Shown: piece after piece, positions 40,684 through 50,319 of the stretch
Layout of the letters: every line of letters starts with the position of its first letter
Position numbering within the stretch: the stretch's first letter is position 1
DNA from: Nitrospirota bacterium
Lineage (GTDB): Bacteria; Nitrospirota; UBA9217
Reading direction: 5' to 3'
Assembly: GCA_963740085.1 (NCBI GenBank)
Contig: CAVUCU010000004.1
Coordinates: forward strand, 224,001-288,000
DNA length: 64,000 nt
Notes under the pieces: generated by a model
What the model was told of the DNA's origin: nothing
Database searches by the model: none
Seen by the model: the letters and a program-made list of their open reading frames with translations, nothing else
Program-made: the position numbers and the translations under genes

Positions 40684-41301
40684 ATGAAACTGAGATTGAT
40701 GATCGTCCTGGGCATTGTACTCCTGGCCTGTCAGGCTGTCGCCGGAGAGAAGATTGCTCTTAAGACGCAAAAGGATATTGAGAACTACAATGCCGGGATA
40801 AGGATCGCAAGGTCCTTAAGGCAGCAGGGGGGCGAGATCAACCTGGATATCGTGATCCAGGGAATGAAGGACGAGTTAACAGGCGAAGGGCACATTTTGA
40901 CGGAAGACAATGTCTCGGAAACCCTGGTCGCGTCGCATAACGAAATGAAGCAGGTGTGCCGGGTTATCGAAGATTCGGAACTCTACGAGGCAATATGTAA
41001 CAGAACTGATCCGCAGGCACCAGCATCATCTCAAGCCCAGGTGCAGAAGCAGAGATCTGATGAGGAACAAACTTTTGCCGCCCTGTTTGCCTCTACTCCA
41101 GCAGCTCCCCGGAGAATTGCTTCGCAAACGGGCGTATTATCTCAGGCGCTTATGCAGAGACAGGCGCCTGTTCAGTACCAAACCTTTGCAGACCTGCAAG
41201 CTGCACAGGCGCAAGTGAACGATGAGCCGGTTAAGATCGAGAGGAGCGACCTTGCCAGAAGATTTGGCGAGGCGTGGGTCAAAACGCAACCGCATCAGTG
41301 A
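40684..41301 (+). CDS. Secreted protein with FKBP N-terminal dimerisation domain only (no PPIase domain)
   Basis: KTQKDIENYNAGIRIARSL......NLDIVIQGMKD; Q/A-rich tail instead of FKBP_C. Confidence 0.65.
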   Translation: MKLRLMIVLGIVLLACQAVAGEKIALKTQKDIENYNAGIRIARSLRQQGGEINLDIVIQGMKDELTGEGHILTEDNVSETLVASHNEMKQVCRVIEDSELYEAICNRTDPQAPASSQAQVQKQRSDEEQTFAALFASTPAAPRRIASQTGVLSQALMQRQAPVQYQTFADLQAAQAQVNDEPVKIERSDLARRFGEAWVKTQPHQ

Positions 41302-41365
41302 AACACCGAAAATATATTATAAATCAGAAAAAAGAGACGAAAGATGATACCGGCAGACTAAAATG

Positions 41366-41500
41366 TTGAGAATCTCCTAAAAAGTCGAATTTAACCGCAG
41401 AGCCGCAGAGTGGCGCCGAGGAAACCTCTTAATCTTTAAGATCTATTTCTCCGCGTCTCAGAGTCTCGGCGGTAGATTTTTCTTTTTACGACTTCATCAA
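41366..41500. mobile_element. MITE-like element with inner 9-bp-repeat palindrome
   Basis: ttgagaatctcctaaaaag ... ctttttacgacttcatcaa terminal IRs; inner accgcagagccgcagag ... tctcagagtctcggcggt. Confidence 0.65.
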
Positions 41501-41605
41501 ATATTTGACGATAAACAGACGGAACATTCGAAGAAGAGTGACGCGCATGCACATGACCGCGGGTTTGGCAGCGCAGGCAAACAGATATGAAAGGAGAAGT
41601 AAAAT

Positions 41606-41927
41606 ATGAGCGGACTCAAATTTAAGTTGAGAAACAGCTGTAAGCCTTTATTGTTGCTGCCATTCATATTGGCAGTAGCCGCCCTTTTTTTGGGGAGGGA
41701 TCAATGTAACGAGCGCGGGAGCGGATCAATCGGGGAGACATCCGAAAAATGCCGCTGAATATCACGCGATCCGGGACCCCAAAGTTGACCCGAATTTATC
41801 CCCGGCTCAACGGGCGCGCGTGCAACGGGACGCTGCGATCAAGAATAGAGAAAATACCAGGAAGTTCATTCAGAATATTATGGCAGGGAAAGAATCGGCA
41901 TCTTCCCAGGGAGGGAGTGCAAAATGA
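41606..41927 (+). CDS. Small secreted protein (one indel near the T/G runs at 41685-41700), translationally coupled to the large MCO
   Basis: AAGGAG RBS; MSGLKFKLRNSCKPLLLLPFILAVAALF leader; downstream frame ends SSQGGSAK-TGA overlapping ATG 41924. Confidence 0.5.
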
Positions 41928-44900
41928 ATAAGCGAAATTTGTCTTTATGCGCAATAGTGATCTTTGCGATAGCCCTGCTGGGCGCACCCGCGGCCATGGC
42001 CGCCTGCAATTACACGGCGGCGGAGGCAGCACTGTATCCGCCGGGAATAGGATTCAATCCAGCCGTCTGTTACAATGTGCCGAACTTCTCGCAAAGCCCG
42101 AACATCAGGAAGTTCGTTGACAGTCTCCCTGGTCTGGGGGCAGCCAACGCGAACAATCTCGGGCAGTATATCCCGATTGCCGTTCCGGACACGACATCGT
42201 ATCCGGGGTCGGATTATTATGAGATCGGTCTCAAACAGTACACGAAGAAGATGAACACCGACCTCCCGGCCACCACGCTCAGGGGCTATTACCAGAAAGA
42301 CGGCACTGATCATTCCTCGCAGTATCTGGGCGTGGCTATCATCGCCAAGCGCAACCGTCCGGTGCGCGTCAAGTATTTTAACGAGCTCCCCATCAGCTCT
42401 CTTACCGATACAACTGCCGGCAGGCTTTTCCTGCCTGTGGACACCACCTTGATGGGTGCAGGCATTGGGCCAGATGGAGTACATTCTTTCTCGCAAAACC
42501 GTGCAAGCTGGCATCTCCACGGTGGCCGCACCCCGTGGATCAGCGACGGCACGCCGCACCAGTGGCTTACCCCGGCTGGTGATCCGTCAATACCCCCGAA
42601 AGGCGCGAGTTTCCAGAACGTGCCTGACATGGTTAACGGCTCCGGAACCACGTGCATCGGAGGCGCCAAGTGCTTCACCCCTAATGCGGGCGACGGCATC
42701 GGGACGCTCTACTATTCAAACGATCAGAGCGCCCGCCTGATGTTCTACCACGACCATGCCCTTGGAATAACTCGACTGAACGTCTATGCCGGTCTTGCCG
42801 CGCCCTATCTCCTGACCAGCCAGGTCGAGGAAGACCTGATCTCGGGGACGGATGTTTCGGGCGGCAACCCGGCGGCAAAACAGATATTGCCCGACCAGGG
42901 AACTCCAAATGGCGTCTATAGATATGGAATCCCTCTGGTTATCCAGGACAAATCATTCGTGAATGACGCAACCACGCCTCCGGCCCCGGGCTTCCCGGCA
43001 ACGACTTCCGGCTACGTACCTATGCCGACCACCCTTAGTACTGATCCTCTCTGGGCAAAGTATGTTGGGACCGGCGGAGGGAACCTCTGGATGCCCCACG
43101 AGTATATGCCGATCGAGAACATCTTTGATCCGACCGGTAACACACCCAACGGCAGATGGGACTATGCTCCTTTCCTGAATCCGCCTTTGATCCCCACGCA
43201 TCCCATGCTCCCCACTCCGACCACTGTACCGGAATCATTCGGAGACACCGTGACGGTCAACGGCACTGTTTTCCCCTACCTCGAGCTGCCGCCGGATGCC
43301 ATCCGTTTCCGGATACTGAGCGTCGGCAACGACCGCGGGTTCAACCTGATGTGGTTCAAGGCTGATCCCCTGCGGATAAACGTGACGAACGGAGGGTCCA
43401 ATTATACGAATCCAACGGTGTTTATGAGCGGAAATGTAGGCCTCTATTCGACTGCAACCGCAATTGTCTCTCCCGGCACCATATCAGCGATCGATGTTGC
43501 AGGCTCGGCGCATTACATCTTTCCTCCTACGGTTAAGCTCTCGGGCGGAGGAGGAACCTGTGCTTCAGTAATAGCATCAGTTGTCTCCAATTCGAGCGGT
43601 GTAATTACCGTATCGGCCCAGGGGTGCAGCGGTTTCACGTCTGCGCCAAATGTTACGTATCACTGGCGGTGGAGGAGGCACCTATACATCCGCAACAGCG
43701 TCGATAATTCCCAAAGGCGTCATTACGGGAATCGTGGTTACGGGCGCAACGGGCTACCGGTCGGATATGCCTGCTCCGACGGTGACCATTTCGGATTCAA
43801 CCGGCACGGGCGCCACAGCCGTCGCCTTCGTCAACACGGAAGTAAAGATGGTTGATGCACTCCCGAACAATGGGTGGCTGAATGGGCCGTGGGATGGGCG
43901 CGACGGCGGCGTCCCTGATCCGGCCATGTCAGGCCCGTCATGGGTCCAGATCGGCAACGAGTCCGGGTTCCTGGCCCAGGCCGCGGTATGGCCGCCCCAA
44001 CCGATCGTTTACGAACAACTTCGCCAGAGCATTCCCACGCTTGGCGTCACGTACCACTCGCTCCTTCTGCAGCCGGCAATGCGCGCGGACGTGATCGTTG
44101 ACTTCAGCAGTTACAAGGACGGCGACGTGCTCATCCTGTACAACGATGGGCCCGCGCCCATGCCGGGGTACTGGCCGCTCAACGACTACTACACGGACGA
44201 CCCGGACCAGACCGGAATAGGCGCAGCTCCGACGACACCGCCCGGCTTCGGCCCCAACACCCGCACCATCATGCAGGTCCGGATCAAGGGGACCAAGACG
44301 TCGGCCTATACATTCAACCTTGCAGAGCTCCAGGCAGCAGTTGCCGAAGGCCTTCGCAGCGGACCAGGACAAACCCATTGTTCCCCAGTTGGCCTATAAC
44401 GACGCTTACCCGGGATTTGCAACGTTTGACGCATACGCAAGTAATAAAGACACAACCCTGAACCTTACCGGTTCGCCTCAGGGGGTATCAAGGATCCTTA
44501 CCGCAGTAGGCGGCAACGGCTATACGACGCCTCCCACGGTCCAGGTTCTGGCCACGGGCGCTGGCTCGGGTGCAACGGGCACGGCAGGTCTCAATCCTTA
44601 CGGCGGTGCCATTCTCCTCACGGCAGGTGCCGGCTACACCTCGCCTCCTGCGGTTACGATAGGGACTCCGCTCAGTACCTACACCACCCCAACGTTTAAC
44701 CCTCGTCCCGGTGTGATTCAGGTAACCGCCTTGGGCTCTACAACGATCTCGGGCGGTATGGTTACCGCCATCGCGATCGATGAGCCCGGCTCGAACTACA
44801 ACACCAACGTTTTGGACACCGCGGCAACCCCCACATGCATCATTGCGCCACCAACGTGCACGCCGCTCGGTACGGCAATTTGCGATACGGCCACCTGCCA

Positions 44901-46457
44901 GTCGTTCATCTCAGTGGCGGGTTCCGTCGGCTCCATTCAGGTTACCACCGCCGGCTCGGGCTACACGTCTGAACCTACGGTCTTCCTGAATGGCGGAGGA
45001 GGTACGGGCGCCACGGCAGATGCCTTGCTGGCCGGGGCGACGATAATGACCGGCAAGAACATAACAGAGGGTTTTGACCCCGACTACGGGCGGTTGGACA
45101 TCAGGCTCGGCTCCACGCCGAACCCGCTCACGCCCAGCATAGGCAACGGCCAGGTTATCGGCATCGCGCGCTACATCGACCCGCCGACCGAGTTCCTGAA
45201 CGATGGAGAGGTCATCCTGTGGCGTTTCGCGCATCTGGGAGTTGACTCCCATGCCCTGCATTTCCACCTGTTCGACATGCAGGTGGTGAACCATGTTGAC
45301 TATACCAACGTCGTAAAGCCGCCGTACCCGGACGAACTCGGTTGGAGGGAAACCATCAGGACCAACCCGATGGAAGACATCATCGTGGCGATAAGACCGA
45401 GGACGATGGCGCTCCCGTTCCCGGTACCGAACAGCAGCCGGCTTCTGGACGTGACGAACGCCGCTGGATGTCAACACGAACTTCCTTCCCATACCGCCTC
45501 CGCCCGGCATAGCAGCGGTACCGCAGATCATCAATGCGGTGACTGACTTCGGTTGGGAATACGTCTGGCATTGCCACCTCCTGGCGCATGAAGAGAATGA
45601 CATGATGCGGCCGATGTGCTTGTTGCCTCCGTCTGCCGTACCGAATGCGCCTGGTCTCGCGGCCGGAGGTGTAGTCGCGTCGCCGGAGCAAGTCAGCTCT
45701 CACTTGGACGCATTACTGCTCGACACCTGCCAATGCGCCGGCCGCATTTCGTCATCCAACGGTGCACGGGCAATGGTTGCACTCCTGCGACGACCATAGC
45801 AACATTGATTGACAGAAACTTGCGCACCTATATCGACACTACGGTTGCTGCAGGCACGACGTATGGATATCGTATCCATGCGTTCAACAACTCGGGCAGT
45901 TCGGCGATTCGACCACCCGATCCGTAACAACAGCTGACCTATAGCATTCCCACCGTATCCATAACAGCACCGGCAAGCGGGGCAACGTATACCGCTCCAG
46001 CTACGGTCGCGTTGGCCGCTTCCGCGACGTCCGGAGGAACCGGAGACCATCACCAAGGTGGAGTTCTTCAATGGTTCGAATCTGATACAAAGCGTCACAA
46101 CAGCACCCTATAACGCGAGCTGGGCGAGTGTGCCTGCCGGTGTATATGGAGCCGTGACCGCCAAGGTCACCAACAGCCAGGGAGCAACTGCTGTCTCTAC
46201 TCCGATATCGGTCATTGTAGCGCCGATCATAACGACCTGCGGTCGTAGCCCCCACGGGCGACGTCAGCGGCAACGGCTTAATTGACCTGACCGATGTCTT
46301 GCTTGTCCTGCGTGCAGCATTGGGTTTACCGGACACCACCGTTCCTTTGACCACGATCATAGCCAAGGGCGATGTATATCCTCCAGGCGCGCCGGATGGC
46401 GTGATCACCATGGCAGATGCGCTGACGGTTCTGCAAATGTATGTGTCCACACATTAA
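41924..46457 (+). CDS. Large OmpB/MofA/CotA-like multicopper oxidase with Gly/Thr-rich inserts, FN3, Ig-like domain and C-terminal dockerin; multiple indels
   Basis: WHLHGG, FYHDH, HALHFHL, WHCHLLAHEENDMM in successive frames (breaks near 43658, 44340, 45457, 45700-45750, 45910, 46040, 46235); last frame GDVSGNGLIDLTDVL..GDVYPPGAPDGVITMADAL..STH-stop. Confidence 0.8.
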
Positions 46458-46483
46458 GGGAGTGCAACACGACAATTAATATC

Positions 46484-46525
46484 TATCAGCATGGCACAGT
46501 GAAAAGATCACGTGCCATGCTGATA
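46484..46525. promoter_or_regulatory. Intergenic stem-loop without U-tract
   Basis: tatcagcatggcac...gtgccatgctgata 14-bp perfect stem. Confidence 0.7.
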
Positions 46526-46551
46526 ACATAACGCGGTTTAAATATGGAGGA

Positions 46552-47382
46552 ATGAAAATGAATACAAGATCAGGTGGTTATATCATATTAGCTGCGGTCA
46601 TCTTTCTTCTGTTCTCTGGCTGCGGCGGTAGCAGCGGGGGTGGGGGGGGTGCTGCAGCCTCAACAACTACCCTGACATCGGACAAGGCGATCGCGCTGGC
46701 GAACGGCAATGATCCCGTCAGCCCGGAACGAGTTACCTTTACCGCAACATCCACGCCGGGGAGTCCGGTATCATTTGTGATCACCGCGGGAACGGGTTCA
46801 CTCGTCAATGCTGATACGGCGACGAATGCCTCCGGTATTGCGACGGTGCAGCTCCAAAGAAACCCAATTACCGGTGTGAACACGAGAGAAGATATAACGG
46901 TCACAGCCACTGCCGCCGGCGCTTCGGCTGCCAAGACTGTCAGATTCATCGACCTGCCGTCTCAGGCCAATATATCGATCGCGCTCAACCGGGTGATAAC
47001 GGACCTGGGCGCCCTGACATTCGACCTTGTAAGTTCGCCGACTCAGTCGGCGCCGCAGTTCATGCTGGCGACACCTTTAGGCGTTGCAATCACGTTTCCG
47101 CGCATAGGTCCTCTTGGCCCTGGCACACAAAATACCTACACCATTGCGGTGGGCACCGGGAAATATTCGCTCGTCACAACAGTGAACCCGGGTATCACCA
47201 CGACAGTGAATGGTCCTCTCGTGGGATTGACCTATAGCATTGATCCGACCATCAAGTCGCTTCCGACCTTTGCCGTAGGAACGACACCGCAGGCAACAAA
47301 TTCTTTAGCCTCAGGCGCACTTCCTATCGCGGTGTCACAAGCAGATTTCGTTGCGACGACGGTTTTCGACACGGATAATTAA
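46552..47382 (+). CDS. Lipoprotein with Big_1 Ig-like domain and cohesin-like C-terminal domain (copy 2)
   Basis: Lipobox FSGC; paralogue of 31976..32809 (TSDK.IALANG, KTVRFI.LP, DL..LTFD, YxID.TIK.LP.F.VG, ATTVFDT). Confidence 0.7.
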   Translation: MKMNTRSGGYIILAAVIFLLFSGCGGSSGGGGGAAASTTTLTSDKAIALANGNDPVSPERVTFTATSTPGSPVSFVITAGTGSLVNADTATNASGIATVQLQRNPITGVNTREDITVTATAAGASAAKTVRFIDLPSQANISIALNRVITDLGALTFDLVSSPTQSAPQFMLATPLGVAITFPRIGPLGPGTQNTYTIAVGTGKYSLVTTVNPGITTTVNGPLVGLTYSIDPTIKSLPTFAVGTTPQATNSLASGALPIAVSQADFVATTVFDTDN

Positions 47383-47389
47383 CGAGGGG

Positions 47390-47505
47390 TTGCCGTGGCC
47401 CCGTCAATGGATGTCGACATCAACCTCTTTGCCGGCAGGTTGATGGATGCGGATTTCGAGATTTATTTGAAAAACCGGGGACCGTCGAGGTCCCCGGTTT
47501 TTTTC
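47390..47505 (+). pseudogene. Decayed fragment of the cohesin-protein C-terminal region
   Basis: Translates as VAPSMDVDINLFAGRLMDADFEIYLK versus VAPPMDVNIDPSSSRLTEADFKMYLK at about 33975-34055. Confidence 0.7.
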
Positions 47506-47837
47506 GGCGGGATTTATCCCGAAAAACAATTGGTCCCGGGTAAACAATGCCGCCTGATGTAATTCACCTGGGGTAGCGCTTCGTGCATGGACTGCATCTC
47601 GAAACACACCGTACGGACAAAAACCGCTGAACAATCCCGCAGCAGACCTCCCTTGCCCCGCTGGAAGCAATGAATATCCATATTGTGAGAAGTCTTCGTT
47701 TTGTGATATAGTGCCCCTAAGGGATAGTTTCCACAAGTCCTTAACATTCTCAATATAATTCAGACTTGAAACGTTCAGAACATCGCTTGCATTACAATGG
47801 GGAATTATTTCTGCAGTTCAGCGGTCGAGGTATTATC

Positions 47838-48425
47838 ATGAGATCAATCATAGCGCGGGTACTTGTCTGCTTGGTCGCTCTATTCTTGTTGCCATTGACC
47901 GGGACCCTGGATCGTGCGCTGGCTGAAGAACAGGGTTATCAGCGAAGCGTAGAGCAATACACGGTGCCCGATGTCGTTCTCGTGAACCAGAACGGAGCGA
48001 AGGTCCGTCTTAAGGACCTTCTGCAAACCGACACGCCGGTGGTCCTGGATTTCATATTCGGGACCTGCACGACCATCTGTCCGATCCTCTCGGCCGGGTA
48101 CGTCAACCTGCAGCATAAGCTCGGCCCGGATTCCCGGGCGATCCGGCTCGTTTCGATCTCCATCGATCCGGAACATGATACCCCGAAGGTCATGAACGCA
48201 TATCTGAAACGGTTTCGTGCGAAGCCGGGATGGGATTTTCTGACCGGCTCCCGTGAAGATATCGACAAGGTGATGACGGCGTTCGGCGCTTACATTCAGA
48301 ACAAGATGTCGCATTACCCGCTGACGCTGATCCGCTCCCCCCAGGACGGCTCATGGATCAGGCTCTTCGGCCTCATGAGCACCGCGGAATTTATGAACGA
48401 GGTCCAGAAGGTAAAGAATAAATGA
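47838..48425 (+). CDS. SCO/SenC copper chaperone (copy 3, nearly identical to copy 1)
   Basis: CTTIC and MSHYP; DNA nearly identical to 34580-35110. Confidence 0.9.
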   Translation: MRSIIARVLVCLVALFLLPLTGTLDRALAEEQGYQRSVEQYTVPDVVLVNQNGAKVRLKDLLQTDTPVVLDFIFGTCTTICPILSAGYVNLQHKLGPDSRAIRLVSISIDPEHDTPKVMNAYLKRFRAKPGWDFLTGSREDIDKVMTAFGAYIQNKMSHYPLTLIRSPQDGSWIRLFGLMSTAEFMNEVQKVKNK

Positions 48426-50155
48426 TCGCAGAACGGGAAACGAAAAGACGGGGTCATTGGAATAGTATGATGCGAGGATACATCCTCGCCCTCATGCTTC
48501 TTTTCTGTTGTGTCGCAACCGCTCCCGCAGAAGAAAATCAAGGAACCGATACCGCCCTTTCGCAGCGCGAGATCCTTCAACGGGGAGAGAACATCTACCG
48601 CGAGGGCATCCTGCCCTCGGGAGAGCCGCTTCAGGCCGTCGTGAAGGGCGACATCCCGGTGGTCGGGACGGCTTTTAGCTGTGTGAGCTGTCATCTTCGC
48701 AGCGGTCTCGGATCACTGGAAGGGGGCGTCATTACGCCCCCGACCACGGGGAAGAAGCTGTACCAGCCGCTTTACACCGGTACTGAACTTACCCACTCCG
48801 CGCGAAAACAAGTGCCGACCTATTTTCGGTCAATAGCCCATCGACCGGCGTATACGGACGAAACACTTGCTGTCGCCCTGCGGATGGGTATCGATCCCGA
48901 AGGCCAGGAATTGAATTCCGTCATGCCACGCTATTTTCTTGATGATCGGGACATGGGAATCCTTATATCCTACCTGAAGTCACTTTCCTCGGAGCTTTCT
49001 CCCGGGGTTACGGATACGACCCTTCACTTTGCCACCATCGTTACGGAAGGGGTCGGCGCCGAAGATCGGGAGGCAATGCTGGCGCCTCTGCAGACCTATG
49101 TCGCCGCCCGGAACAGCATGTCAAAAGTTTATGAGACGCGGGCAAAATACGGCGTGTTTGCCGAAGAAATGGACCTTTCCTACAAGAGAATGTCGCTGTC
49201 TGTCTGGGAACTCAAGGGTTCTGCTGAAACGTGGAGAGGACAATTGGAGGAATACTATCGCAAGGAGCCGGTCTTTGCGCTGCTCGGCGGGATAGCCGCG
49301 GGAGAATGGAAACCGATCCATGAATTCAGCGAGGACCATCGCATTCCCTGCATCTTCCCCGTTACCGATTTCCCCGTCATCTCCGAGACCGGCTGGTACA
49401 CGCTCTATTTTTCCAAGGGCATTTATCAGGAGGGTGAGGCCGTGGCCCATCACCTCGCGAGAATGGAGGGGCTTTCGGCGGAGAACACGGTGTTGCAGAT
49501 CGTCCAGAACTCACGCGAGGGCCGGGCCCTTCAAGCGGGATTCGAATCCACCTGGCAGGACCTGGGTCGTCGTCAGCCGATCACCATAGCCCTTCCGGAA
49601 GGCGATGCAATCACAAAGGAGGCCCTTCAGCGGCTCATGGAAAAGAACAAACCGTCCATAATCCTTCTGTGGGCAGGTGCCGGGGTCTTTCCGGCCTTGC
49701 AGGCGATTACGAAGCCGGCGAAGAGGCCGCAGCGTGTATATATGTCATCGAGTCTCCTGAAACAGGGCCTCTGGACCGTGCCGGAAAAGGCGCGTGATGT
49801 TGTGTACATGGCCTATCCCTACAGGCTCCCGCAGGAAGAGGCGATATACTCGAAGTATGCAAGCGGTTTACTGCGGGGCAAGAAGAACATGCCGATCAAC
49901 GACCGGAGAATTTCAACGCGGATGTATTCCGTAGCGAGGCTGATGACCGAAACGTTTCTGCATATACAGAGAAATTACTATCGTGACTATTTCCTCGATG
50001 TCATCGGTATGTTGAGAGACCAGCTATATCCCGATTATGTGCGCCTGAGCTTCGGACCGGGGCAGCGCTACGCCTCGAAGGGGTGTTATATCGTTCAGTT
50101 GACTCGAGGTATCAAACCCGAACTCGTCAGAAGAAGCGAATGGGTGATCTATTGA
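48422..50155 (+). CDS. Monoheme cytochrome c plus periplasmic-binding-protein-like domain (copy 3)
   Basis: CVSCH, VMPRY, PVFALLGG, SFGPGQRYASKGCYIVQL. Confidence 0.8.
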   Translation: MIAERETKRRGHWNSMMRGYILALMLLFCCVATAPAEENQGTDTALSQREILQRGENIYREGILPSGEPLQAVVKGDIPVVGTAFSCVSCHLRSGLGSLEGGVITPPTTGKKLYQPLYTGTELTHSARKQVPTYFRSIAHRPAYTDETLAVALRMGIDPEGQELNSVMPRYFLDDRDMGILISYLKSLSSELSPGVTDTTLHFATIVTEGVGAEDREAMLAPLQTYVAARNSMSKVYETRAKYGVFAEEMDLSYKRMSLSVWELKGSAETWRGQLEEYYRKEPVFALLGGIAAGEWKPIHEFSEDHRIPCIFPVTDFPVISETGWYTLYFSKGIYQEGEAVAHHLARMEGLSAENTVLQIVQNSREGRALQAGFESTWQDLGRRQPITIALPEGDAITKEALQRLMEKNKPSIILLWAGAGVFPALQAITKPAKRPQRVYMSSSLLKQGLWTVPEKARDVVYMAYPYRLPQEEAIYSKYASGLLRGKKNMPINDRRISTRMYSVARLMTETFLHIQRNYYRDYFLDVIGMLRDQLYPDYVRLSFGPGQRYASKGCYIVQLTRGIKPELVRRSEWVIY

Positions 50156-50319
50156 TCCGCTCCTGCGCGGTACCGGTGAGCTGCGCCGGCTGTGGAAAAA
50201 GTTCACTTTGGTTAAGCAATAATCCTCGGCAGGCATCATACCGGCAATGAAGTGAATAGACTGGTTGCAACAGCCGATATCCCTGATTATGCAGATGCTA
50301 TCTGCTAAAAGGAACTGAC

